NCBI GenBank assembly: GCA_053919585.1
Contig: CM132808.1
Reading direction: 5' to 3' (one strand)
DNA from: Euprymna scolopes
Taxonomy: Eukaryota
Length of the DNA stretch: 64,000 nucleotides
Below the pieces are notes generated by a model, which saw only the letters and a list, made by a program, of their open reading frames with translations, was not told where the DNA came from and did not search any database. The position numbers and the translations under genes are program-made. Shown here in pieces: positions 12,240 to 24,432 of this stretch (positions within the stretch are counted from its first letter, which is position 1; the number at the start of each line of letters is the position of its first letter).

Positions 12240-15200
12240 TCTTTCCCAAATTTCTCCCCCCCCCCACGTCTCTCTCCCAAATTTCTCCCCCCCACGTCTC
12301 TCTCCTAAATTTCTCCTCCCCTGTCTCTCTCTCCCAAATTTCTTCTCCCCTGTCTCTCTCTCCCAAATTTCTTCTCCCCTGTCTCTCTCTCCCAAATTTC
12401 TTCTCCCCTGTCTCTCTCTCCCAAATTTCTCCTCCCCTGTCTCTCTCTCCCAAATTTCTCCTCCCCTGTCTCTCTCTCCCAAATTTCTCCTCCCCTGTCT
12501 CTCTCTCCCAAATTTCTCCTCCCCTGTCTCTCTCTCCCAAATTTCTCCTCCCCTGTCTCTCTCTCCCAAATTTCTCCTCCCCTGTCTCTCTCTCCCAAAT
12601 TTCTCCTCCCCTGTCTCTCTCTCCCAAATTTCTCCTCCCCTGTCTCTCTCTCCCAAATTTCTCCTCCCCTGTCTCTCTCTCCCAAATTTCTCCTCCCCTG
12701 TCTCTCTCTCCCAAATTTCTCCTCCCCTGTCTCTCTCTCCCAAATTTCTCCTCCCCTGTCTCTCTCTCCCAAATTTCTCCTCCCCTGTCTCTCTCTCCCA
12801 AATTTCTCCTCCCCTGTCTCTCTCTCCCAAATTTCTCCTCCCCTGTCTCTCTCTCCCAAATTTCTCCTCCTCTGTCTCTCTCTCCCAAATTTCTCCTCCC
12901 CTTTCTCTCTCTACCAAATTTCTCCTCCCCTTTCTCNNNNNNNNNNNNNNNNNNNNNNNNNNNNNNNNNNNNNNNNNNNNNNNNNNNNNNNNNNNNNNNN
13001 NNNNNNNNNNNNNNNNNNNNNNNNNNNNNNNNNNNNNNNNNNNNNNNNNNNNNNNNNNNNNNNNNNNNNNNNNNNNNNNNNNNNNNNNNNNNNNNNNNNN
13101 NNNNNNNNNNNNACTGTCTCTCTCTCTCCCAAATTTCTCCTCCACTGTCTCTCTCTCTCCCAAATTTCTCCTCCACTGTCTCTCTCTCTCCCAAATTTCT
13201 CCTCCCCTTTCTCTCTCTCCCAAATTTCTCCTCCCCTTTCTCTCTCTCCCAAATTTCTCCTCCCCTTTCTCTCTCTCCCAAATTTCTCCTCCCCTTTCTC
13301 TCTCTCCCAAATTTCTCCTCCCCTTTCTCTCTCTCCCAAATTTCTCCTCCCCTGTCTCTCTCTCCCAAATTTCTCCTCCCCTGTCTCTCTCTCCCAAATT
13401 TCTCCTCCCCTGTCTCTCTCTCCCAAATTTCTCCTCCCCTGTCTCTCTCTCCCAAATTTCTCCTCCCCTTTCTCTCTCTCCCAAATTTCTCCTCCCCTGT
13501 CTCTCTCTCTCCCAAATTTCTCCTCCCCTGTCTCTCTCTCTCCCAAATTTCTCCTCCCCTGTCTCTCTCTCTCCCAAATTTCTCCTCCCCTTTCTCTCTC
13601 TCCCAAATTTCTCCTCCACTGTCTCTCNNNNNNNNNNNNNNNNNNNNNNNNNNNNNNNNNNNNNNNNNNNNNNNNNNNNNNNNNNNNNNNNNNNNNNNNN
13701 NNNNNNNNNNNNNNNNNNNNNNNNNNNNNNNNNNNNNNNNNNNNNNNNNNNNNNNNNNNNNNNNNNNNNNNNCCTTTCTCTCTCTCCCAAATTTCTCCTC
13801 CCCTGTCACTCTCTCTCCCAAATTTCTCCTCCCCTTTCTCTCTCTCCCAAATTTCTCCTCCCCTTTCTCTCTCTCCCAAATTTCTCCTCCCCTGTCTCTC
13901 TCTCCCAAATTTCTCCTCCCCTGTCTCTCTCTCCCAAATTTCTCCTCCCCTGTCTCTCTCTCCCAAATTTCTCCTCCCCTGTCTCTCTCTCCCAAATTTC
14001 TCCTCCCCTGTCTCTCTCTCCCAAATTTCTCCTCCCCTGTCTCTCTCTCCCAAATTTCTCCTCCCCTTTCTCTCTCTCCCAAATTTCTCCTCCCCTGTCT
14101 CTCTCTCTCCCAAATTTCTCCTCCCCTGTCTCTCTCTCTCCCAAATTTCTCCTCCCCTGTCTCTCTCTCTCCCAAATTTCTCCTCCCCTTTCTCTCTCTC
14201 CCAAATTTCTCCTCCCCTGTCTCTCTCTCTCCCAAATTTCTCCTCCACTGTCTCTCTCTCTCCCAAATTTCTCCTCCACTGTCTCTCTCTCTCCCAAATT
14301 TCTCCTCCCCTTTCTCTCTCTCCCAAATTTCTCCTCCCCTTTCTCTCTCTCCCAAATTTCTCCTCCCCTTTCTCTCTCTCCCAAATTTCTCCTCCCCTTT
14401 CTCTCTCTCCCAAATTTCTCCTCCCCTTTCTCTCTCTCCCAAATTTCTCCTCCCCTGTCTCTCTCTCCCAAATTTCTCCTCCCCTGTCTCTCTCTCCCAA
14501 ATTTCTCCTCCCCTGTCTCTCTCTCCCAAATTTCTCCTCCCCTTTCTCTCTCTCCCAAATTTCTCCTCCCCTTTCTCTCTCTCCCAAATTTCTCCTCCCC
14601 TGTCTCTCTCTCTCCCAAATTTCTCCTCCCCTGTCTCNNNNNNNNNNNNNNNNNNNNNNNNNNNNNNNNNNNNNNNNNNNNNNNNNNNNNNNNNNNNNNN
14701 NNNNNNNNNNNNNNNNNNNNNNNNNNNNNNNNNNNNNNNNNNNNNNNNNNNNNNNNNNNNNNNNNNNNNNNNNNNNNNNNNNNNNNNNNNNNNNNNNNNN
14801 NNNNNNNNNNNNNNNNNNNNNNNNNNNNNNNNNNNNNNNNNNNNNNNNNNNNNNNNNNNNNNNNNNNNNNNNNNNCCTTTCTCTCTCTCCCAAATTTCTC
14901 CTCCCCTTTCTCTCTCTCCCAAATTTCTCCTCCCCTTTCTCTCTCTCCCAAATTTCTCCTCCCCTTTCTCTCTCTCCCAAATTTCTCCTCCCCTTTCTCT
15001 CTCTCCCAAATTTCTCCTCCCCTTTCTCTCTCTCCCAAATTTCTCCTCCCCTTTCTCTCTCTCCCAAATTTCTCCTCCCCTTTCTCTCTCTCCCAAATTT
15101 CTCCTCCCCTGTCTCTCTCTCCCAAATTTCTCCTCCCCTGTCTCTCTCTCCCAAATTTCTCCTCCCCTGTCTCTCTCTCCCAAATTTCTCCTCCCCCCCT

Positions 15201-15400
15201 GTCTCTCTCTCCCAAATTTCTCCTCCCCCCCTGTCTCTCTCTCCCAAATTTCTCCTCCCCCCCTGTCTCTCTCTCCCAAATTTCTCCTCCCCCCCTGTCT
15301 CTCTCTCCCAAATTTCTCCTCCCCCCCCTGTCTCTCTCTCCCAAATTTCTCACCCCCCTTTCTCTCTCTCTCCCAAATTCTCCCCCCAAATCTCTCTCCA
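12240..15400. repeat. 29-bp tandem minisatellite/satellite (CCAAATTTCTCCTCCCCTGTCTCTCTCTC)n with 31- and 32-bp variants
   Basis: Directly visible array, interrupted by N-gaps at 12937-13112, 13628-13772 and 14638-14875. Confidence 0.97.
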
Positions 15401-15984
15401 TTTTCAACCTTCTCTCTCTATTTCTCTCATGTCAGATTTTCCTTTTGATTGATTTTACAAGAGTCTCCCTCTCAAGCACTATTGCTTAATCAAATTGCTT
15501 TCTTTTTTTGGTATTCCTTATTTAAAAGATAAATTTATATCAAAATTACCAAAATGTTAATATTCATCTATTTATATTAATAAATGCAAACATTTTTATC
15601 AAATGCTTACAAGAAAGTTATTAATGAAATGTTCCTTATTTAAAAGGTTAGTTTTATATTGCGAATTTTGCAAAGCGATAACGAGCTGGAAAATTGAGCT
15701 TCTATGTGAAAGAGAAATCCTATTTTCTACTCATATAAGGAAGACTTTGGTCAGTGATGTGTAAATCCTCATGAGTGGATAACTCCTTCCTCCTGTGAGT
15801 GGGTGATGAACAATATCTGAGAAGGTAAAAATCAGAAATGAAAGAAATCTACTAAGCTTTCTGTAAACATTGAAATTTTATACGAGTGGGTTCTTATAAA
15901 GTTTCATCTGAGAATTAATATGCAATATTTCCTTTCTTAAATCAATTCTTTTTTTGATATACTGATTCTATTCCTGCAGATTAA

Positions 15985-18230
15985 TTAAACTAGCAAACAT
16001 ACCTGCTCTTTGCGTGGGACTTTGCTGTACACTCTGGTACAAATTTCTACATTAATGTGAACATTGAACTGCTGGAGGAGGACTCTGTTGTAGGGAAGAA
16101 TCCACGGGTTTTTGATTTCTTGATGAACATACCGACCATTTTTCTTCATCCTTATTGTACCAGTCTGGCTTCCTTCTGGTTTCATTCACCTGTACTTCGG
16201 ATAAGAGGCTTGACTTTGCTCGGTATACTGAAGTAATTCTTTAGGGTACTTTTTGGAGCATTTATTGTCCATCATACATGAGCAACTTGGATTCAAGGGT
16301 CCACAAAGTCCGTACACAATATATGTCATGACTTTTGTGTGAAGATCAGGGTCGTCTTCTTTGTCAGGGATCTCTGCAGATATCCATTTGTACTGGTTAA
16401 ACTTTGTCCTCTGGGGCCTACCAGGTAAGGATGTTTGCATGTGGCAGTCCTTTCTTTTGGTATTCAATGCTGTACAGGAAAGCCCTCAAACTGCCAAATC
16501 CCCCCTTTTTTTTTTTAAAATAAATTCCATTAGCTTTTTTTTTTAGCTTCTGTCTAAAGACCCTGGCAACAATATCTGGACAGTTCTAAGGTTTTTGTCC
16601 TTGAAAGAAAATTTTCTGTAATTTCTGTTCCTATTTGTCGTGAAAGTGATGAAGAGGCTGGCTTGGCCCATTCACTGAACATAAGCCATGACATCACTTT
16701 GCTGTTCAAACATGTATCCAGGGGCTCCTGTGTAAGTTGCTGGAAGGGCCACTCGTTGACCAATCTGTTTTGAATTTTCAATACTTGTTAAGAATTGAAA
16801 TCCTCAAGTTGCCATGATTGTCAGCTCTCAAGATCTGTTCCCGCCTCTATTTCAATCTTGCAGTACACAGCTATTGTTGAAATGGCCCTTGATACCGGAG
16901 AAAATATTTCCAGGCAGTTATCAAATGGTAGGAATAAAACTGCTGTTGGGTAACTTTTTTCCCATTGGATACCTTCATGTAGATGTTGTTAGATGGAGAA
17001 CCATATGGGTACATTAAAGTATCATAGAGAGGATGTAGTTCGGAGATCCTTTTCAATGTATTTTTAAAACGCAAGATAATATCTCGGTTTGCTGTCTGTT
17101 CATTCTCCATTATTATTCCAATCTCATATGTTGTTGGTGAAACATTCAATTGCCGTGGGTGTTCTCCTTGTGGCCTTCAGTTTTCTCTTATGACAACTTT
17201 GTGTTCTTCCAAGCTTTCTTCTTCAATCCTCTCTTTTGTTTTCAGTTGACAAATTTAGCTGTTGTTCTCGTGTAAAAATTCAGTCAGCCTTCGGAGAATG
17301 TCTTGAGTCTACTCTCACATCCCCGACTATGTAGTTCCTCTTCTGGACTATCCAAGAAGTAGATCTGAATAAACTTTGCCGCTCCATCTCCAGGTGGCAA
17401 AACCCTTCCTAATTTTGTGGCAAAGCTGGCCTCAAATTCTAAAAGGATTTCATCCATGTACCACTACATTTTCATGACCAAATGAAGTCGTTGCAAAAAG
17501 TTGTGACTGTAAATTTTGCAGAAACTCTTTAGAGATGGGATCTTTGCCTGAGAAAAAATCTTGCAACAACTTAGGCAGTGGTGGAAAACTGTCAAGCACA
17601 ACCCTACCAGAACAACAACAACAAACAAGGGTCTTGCCTTTAAATTTCACAGCTGAGCAATGCTGCCATACTTTGTCCATTTTTTCCTATGTAAGTTGTA
17701 GTGAGTCATTTTTGTTGTAGAGCAATCCTTTTCTATTACAATTATTTCTTCTCTCAAAGCAGTCATCTGTTGTCTAGCTGCCTCTTTTTCTGTCATTTGC
17801 CGGGGAAAAGTCATACTTTCTCTCCTTGTAGCCTTTCGCTCACTCCCTTGTGATAGGCGAAAGATTTGGTTTCTCATTCATTCTCTCATCTTTGAGCTTC
17901 CCTCATCTACGTCTTTTTGTTTCCTTGTTTGTTTCATATGCTCATCATATTGCTTCCTTTTCTCCGACCATCTCTTTACCTTTCTGGAATTTCTTGTGAT
18001 GAATTTAACGGCCTTGCAGTGTTTAGTTCTGGTACCTTTACATTGGGTTGCTCTTTCCAAATTTGTTAATCTTGCTTTCCTTTCTCTCTGACATATTCTG
18101 TTGCGCTCCAGACGTTTTTTTCTATGTGAAGCATTTTCATTGGAGCAAATTGCAGCAACTCTTAGTCTATTAGCTTCTAATCTTGCCAATCTTTCTTCTT
18201 GTTTCGTTTCTATTTCATTTAGGTAGCGTC
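15985..18230 (-). mobile_element. Degenerate Helitron RepHel remnant (N-terminal, zinc-binding and Rep domains; helicase missing)
   Basis: QHCSAVKFKG..CCCCSGRV, RISELHPLYDTLMYP, VTQQQFYSYHL, LFITFT, IEYQKKGLPHANIL (HUH motif region), ISAEIPD, KCSKKYPK, YPKYR and WILPYNRVLLQQFNVHINVEIC, spread over frameshifted ORFs. Confidence 0.88.
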
Positions 18231-18590
18231 TTCAATGTGTATTTGAAAGGGAAAGTATTATGTTAAATTTTTCAAAAGAATTATGTACATTTCAAGAAAA
18301 AAGGATCCTTAATGATCCATTACATTGTTTTTGGCAGTGTTATTTTGGAAGGTCAAAGTTAAGAGATATACTCCAATAAATTTTGACCTATATTAGGGAT
18401 CACTATCATGCCACATTTTATCAAGATTGGTTGAGAGTACGGAGAAGTTGGTCGGCGCCATGGTGATGAACCCCAACTTGATGTGTACCATTCCTATGAA
18501 GAGCTACACCAAATATGACCTTAACTTTTGACCTTGAAAAATGATGTGCCATCATGTCAGATTTGGTCTAGGGGTGTATGCTGTAGGAGA

Positions 18591-18630
<40 letters not shown>

Positions 18631-18723
18631 TATGACTTTAACCTTTACCTTGAAAAATGGTGCGCACCATCCCTAGGTAGGGATCATCATGATGATCAGT
18701 CTAGTGGTGTAGGCTGTAGGAAA

Positions 18724-18755
<32 letters not shown>

Positions 18756-18756
18756 T

Positions 18757-18830
18757 TTAACCCTTATCCTCGAGTGGCCTTTTGGCCTTGATAAGTGGTG
18801 ATGCCTATGTAAAAAAAAAATTTATGCTAT
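18757..18830 (+). mobile_element. piggyBac-type terminus (TTAA + CCCTT... TIR)
   Basis: TTAA|CCCTTATCCTCGAGTGGCC; its exact reverse complement occurs at 43529-43551. Confidence 0.6.
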
Positions 18831-19125
18831 AACTTTGACTTTAACTTACATTGCCTGGGAATGAAGAGGACTGTTTACTTCTGTTACCAATCCTAAATAT
18901 CATATTACCATTGTCATTTGTTAATTTCTATCATAAAATAAAATGCTATGTTGTTTATGGATGTTTGGCACAAATACAAACTCCACAAAATTGTAGAAGC
19001 CTTTAACACAAAATAAATACCTTTATTGGATTTCTTGTAATATTTTACCCCAGAAGATGTTGATCTTTTGTTTTTAATCACATGCCTGAACAAATAGAGA
19101 AATCACAAGTATTGTATAATTCATA

Positions 19126-19825
19126 TATCTCTACAATTATATAAATGCAACTTTGTGTGAGAGTTCGTTCCTTAAAGATTCCGAAATGGCTGAACAGATT
19201 TTCTTTAAAATTTACAGAATTTTAGTGTATAAGTCTGGGAGTGATCTTTGTTAAGTTTTGTCTTGAATACCCCCCCCCCCATAATTACCGATAATTGAAA
19301 CTTATTTTAATTTATCTATCATCGATAAAGCCATTTTTTCCATTTTGTCACTTAGCAACAATGGCGGTGAAAATTCTACTGTGGGCAAGTTGATAGCTTG
19401 TTTTTTTTTTGGGGGAGGGGGTGCATGACGTGGTTTGTAGGTTCAAACTCTTAATTTTTTTTTCCTTAACTGCAAAGAGTTTTATAAAACTTAACAATTT
19501 ACGTTTTTTTTTTTGTTTTTTTTTTTTTTTTGCAGGATATGGTTTGTAGGTTCAAACCTCGCACGTAAATTTCTCAATGCTTTTTTTTTTTTTTTTGTTG
19601 CTTTTTTTTTCACTGGAAAGAAGTTTATATAAAATAATTTTAAACAGTAGGTTCTCTAGAGGGCAATGTAGAATAACATATATTTTGGACTAAGTTACTT
19701 CATGGAGGCATGTGAAGCTTCCTTCTGGGCAATTTCACAGATTTCTATGACAATAAAAATATAGGAGTGTGAAATATTTATTGATGATCATTCAATCCCG
19801 GGCAACGCCGGGTCTCCTTGCAAGT
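19126..19825 (+). mobile_element. Non-autonomous Helitron
   Basis: TC start (TCTCTACAATTATATAAATGC), 3' hairpin CCCGGGCAACGCCGGG at ~19797-19812 and degenerate CTAG end (CAAG|T). Directly followed by another TC-start (TCTATTTATAAAAC). Confidence 0.6.
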
Positions 19826-20354
19826 CTATTTATAAAACTCAATGTTTTTGTTTGTTTAATCTATAGAAAGAATAGTTAGAGAATCTACATAAACTCTAAA
19901 AGTGTACTCTTATGTAAAATTAACCAGAGAAGACAATGTTTGGCAAATCTTTAAATGCACCCTTAAGGGGGGTATGGAGCAGATTTCGTTGGAGTTTTTC
20001 AGTCATAATTAGGGGAGGAGCATTAATTTCAATGTATTCCTTCTGGAAATGACTCGGCATCATTGTGGACAAGAAACTTAGAAAGGGTGGAGGCATGTTT
20101 AATTTTATTTGGGTGGTTTTAGTAGTGGAAGCAATAAATGTAGGATTACTGTATTACATTTGTTAAATCACAAATACTAATATAAAAGCGCTCAACATCC
20201 TAGATAGAGCAAGGCTATGGAAAAATGCGGAAGGGGGAAAGAAAGGTAAAGATAGATTGAGAGAGTAGAGAGATAGCTTTTATGAAGATGTCACATTTTT
20301 TAAACTCTATTTTTTTTTTTTTTTTTATGACCCTGGCAATGCCAAGTAGCCCTG

Positions 20355-20356
<2 letters not shown>

Positions 20357-20440
<84 letters not shown>
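20357..20440. repeat. (CA)n microsatellite
   Basis: About 42 CA units. Confidence 0.95.
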
Positions 20441-20442
<2 letters not shown>

Positions 20443-20446
20443 CCCC

Positions 20447-21317
20447 GAGGGTGGAACGATAAATTGTTGCCCTAGAAAAGACAGCATGATTCCATTTCCG
20501 TTTGGTGAAAACCGGCTTTCCTTTTTTGTTGCAGACCATCTACTAGTTGGCCAGTTGTGTACAAATCCTAAAAGTGATAGGAGCCTCCTATCATGTCTGA
20601 AAGTGATACAATGTTTACGAGATCGGAAATGTACAAATCATGCTCTCTACCGACCCAAGTTATGACAACAGGACCATTGCCAGCACCCTCAAAATACAAA
20701 TCCAGACGTTTCAACACTTGAGGGCACAGCTCAACAAAATTTCCTACCACAGTTTTGGTCTTTGGTGTGGTTTCAAGTAAGGCCCACGTCATGCCACCTC
20801 ACAACTTAAAAGCTAGCTTGAAAGTCAGCACCAAAGTGTACCTGGATGTGCTGAAAAGTGTGATGCAATCAGATGGCTGCTGGCAGATTCTGGGTGTGGC
20901 AACAGGACTCTGCACCAGCCCACAAGTCCAAAAAGACCCAGGTTTTGCTTCAGAAGGAGTGCTATGACTTTGTACCCTTCTCTCAATGGCTTCCCTTTTC
21001 CCCCTGAACTGAACTTTCTGGACTATTTTGTTTGGTCATACATTGAGACCATCACCAACATGACTTCCTACAACACCAAAGCCAACCTGATTGCTGCCAT
21101 CCACCGAATTTTCACCGAGCGCCCACTAGTGCTTGTGGAAAAGGTATGCTTCCAGTTCTGTACCTGTATTAAGGCGGTGATTGAGGCTGAAGGCGGCTAC
21201 ATTGAATAGATGTCAGCTCTACCACATAAGCATTGCCTAAATTGATTTTGTCAATGAAAGTTTCCAAATAAAGCTGTAGTGTTTTGTTTAGGGCAACAAA
21301 TTTATTGTTCCATCCTG
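20447..21317 (+). mobile_element. Internally deleted Tc1/mariner-superfamily element, DD37D (maT-like)
   Basis: TIRs GGGTGGAACGATAAATTGTTGCCCTA and TAGGGCAACAAATTTATTGTTCCATCCTG|TA. Motifs VFGVVSS.HVMPPH and WQQDSAPAH...PELNFLDYFVW give D-37-D spacing after correcting one 1-nt frameshift. Confidence 0.8.
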
Positions 21318-22097
21318 TATAAACTCAATATCGATATGTGTATGTGTTCCCTATAGTAAAGAAGATTAGAGAATCTACATAAAATCTGAAAGTGTATTAT
21401 AATTTACTGGGGAAGACCATGGAAGTGTTCTTAACTCTCTTAGTGCACCCATAAAGGGACCATGAAGCATAACTTCCTTAAAAATAAGAATATATACTAT
21501 ATTTATGAAATTTAAATCACTTGAATTATGAATCCAAGTTCTAATACATATTGTGTTTTATGCTAATAAATAGTTAAAGCAAAATGAATTTTGGACTCTT
21601 GAAATAATTTCTAACATTATTGGTAATGTTTAACCATTCATTTATTTATTCTTCATTGTCGCTTATGTTTGAATTCATGTTTTGATAGAAACCTCTGATC
21701 GCATTTTGATGAAATTTATATCATATGTATAAGATTATTTGAGGGAAGACTATGTAAGTAGTGCCAAATGTTTACGTTACCCTTCTATGTGGCAATATTT
21801 ACATGCCACTCACCTCTGTTAGTCAGAGCCCTTCAAATACATATATTTGATTGTTTTTTATAAGTGCTATTTTAAAAGTTTAAAAAAATATCTGAATTGT
21901 TTAATTAGGAAAATATCAGATTGAAAGCATCAAGTGTGCAGTTTTAACCTCCCCATTTTTTTCTTTGAAACCAAAGAATATCCCCCCCTTTTTTTCCCCC
22001 GTATAAAATTTAAGTGAAAAATGTTGATATATATTTACTATGTAATCTGTTTGCCCACCCTCTCTTTATTATCTCTCATTCGCCATCTATCTATCTA

Positions 22098-22142
<45 letters not shown>

Positions 22143-22385
22143 AATAAAAACCAGGCATAAATATGTGCATTACTTAAAAAGTAATGCATAATCAACAAAT
22201 GAATTTTTATCAAATAAAGATTCGGATGTAATGCATCAATATTATGCAAAATTACTAGATTTTGGATAATATTTTTCTTGAAAATAAAGTTTACATGGAA
22301 CAAAGGAAATAAACAATGGACAAAAGTTAAAAATACGATCTGTTTTTATTTATATTATGGCCTCTATTCTGTTTGTGTGTGTATG

Positions 22386-22438
<53 letters not shown>

Positions 22439-23109
22439 AAACACCTTTCTGCGTGCATGTCCCTAAAAATCAAAGACATAAGGTACAGTTCCTAATACGT
22501 GTATTCACATGTACAGTTTGCACGTGAACATAATGGAAGCAGTTCTGCATTTTTAGCTGTCCCTTAAAGATTATAATAGCTTTTCTGACATGTTACACAA
22601 TGAATTTAATCCATTTCATAAACCTTGGGTTAAGAGTATTAACATATCTGAATCGCTCAGTTGTAAGATATAGCCGTCAACATCAATTTTCCTGTTAAAG
22701 TAAACTCTGTTAATATGATGTTGTATATGATGCTATCCCACACTCTAACCCGAACAACGTTAGTTTACAGGTTAATTGAAAGCAAACTGATACCCCCATG
22801 AACAAATGTAGAATTTTATACCCCTCCTTTGCCTTATATTATTAATACATAAGTCAACATAATAGATGTAATGAACTTAAATCTTTGTGGATCCTTAGAC
22901 ATACTTTATTTTTTTTATTTTTTTTAGCGCAATGCAAAAAAAAGAAAAAAAAGAAAGAAGAATCCCTCTTGTAAACAATTCATTATATGGTATACAATTA
23001 TTTAAATAAAAGTTGCCCTTTTGTCCATAGAAGGTTCAGAGGTATTGCAATTTTGTACCACTCCCAACGTTATTGTTGAATACAATAGATCTCCATTCAT
23101 GATACCAGT

Positions 23110-24432
23110 TTATAGTCCACCGATTTATCGGAGAGGGACCTATGTTTTCAATGGCATCTGGACGATTGCCAAATAACTGTCGATCAGTTTTTTCCTGAAA
23201 TTTTGCCACAAATTGTATTTCATTAAATAGATGTGCACAGTAAAAAAATATTTTTTTTGCAAAAGAGGTAAAAAATGCCCCCAAAATGGCCAAAATGACA
23301 CATTTTACCCCATAACTTTGATCCATCCATTAGATTTTTCTGAAACTTGGCCAAAATTGGAGCCCATTGTTCTTAATATAAATCCAGTATGGGTGACCCT
23401 GGTAAAATTCTGGTTCACGTCTCCTGTGACTTTTAGTGCAAAAAATGCCCCTTTTTGTGGCTCTTTTTTATATTTCTCAACAAAAACTTTATATATCTGA
23501 CTATATAGTGGTTTTGTTACCGTGGTCAACTCAAATATACATGTATTAAGACCTGAAACTGCATCGTTATCCATTTACACTGGAATTAGCTATCCCCAGG
23601 GGCTCAAGAGGTCAAAAAAGCCCTAAAATGGCCAAAAATGATACTTTTTAATTTAAAGTTCACCGCCTTCCTAAATCTACCCTTTATCTATACTCCTATG
23701 AATTTTTTTTTGGTCCCCTGACAAAAGGGTGTGGACCTGTAAATTCACTTTTGTCCATTTGTCTGTCCACACTTTTCCCAATAACTACGCCTTTTTGAAA
23801 TTTTACACAAACATTAAGCATGAGTAAAAAAGTAACAGAACAGATTTTCCAGGAAAGCATTGATTGCCTCCCCAGGGGTGCCTTTCAGGTTAAAATGGCT
23901 AAAATTGACACTTTTGTACTTATTAAAAGTATTGATGCCTTAGATTTTTTTATAAAACTTTCTGAAAAGTTGTAACTAACTGATTTCTATATAATTTTGT
24001 TTGTCTATACAACGCAATAATTCTTGGATGTTCCCCAGGAGCTCTTTTAGGGCTAATAAGAACACTCCATTTTTGGGACTATTTTACCATATTTGTCCAA
24101 AATTTTCTGTGTATGCCTATTTAGCAATTTTGCATAGTGTTGAACTCAAATTTAAATATGTTAAGGCCTTGGAGACTTTTGGGGCTAATTTGGGGGGGGG
24201 GGGTAAATAATGGGCTTGGTCATTTCTTTTTTTTTTTTTTTTGCATGGTGCAGAACTTAAATTTACATATGTTAAAGCCTAAAACTGCACCGTTTGTTCA
24301 TTTTCACCAGGTTTTGATGTCCCCTGGGGACTTTTGGGGCTAAATAGGGGGAGGGGCAAATGTTGAACTTAATCATTTTTTTATGCCTCGTTCACTGTGC
24401 ACTCACAGGGAATCATGCATTCACTTGTTCTT
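23110..24432 (+). mobile_element. DINE-1/HINE-like (Helentron-associated) non-autonomous repeats, two related copies adjacent or nested
   Basis: 5' hairpin GTCCACCGATTTATCGGAGAGGGAC; body homologous to 35930-36660; a second head TGGTCCCCTGAC...GGACC with GTCC-type repeats at ~23711; 3' end GGGAATCATGCATTCACTTGTT. Confidence 0.55.

Noticed and set aside
12240-15400. CRISPR-like array (29-bp repeats)
   Set aside because: Repeats are contiguous with no unique spacers, there are no cas genes, and the context is eukaryotic.
12219-15407. Long minus-strand ORFs (up to 1014 aa, GERDRGGEIWERE repeats)
   Set aside because: Artefacts of a stop-poor 29-bp satellite read through N-gaps; open in all three frames.
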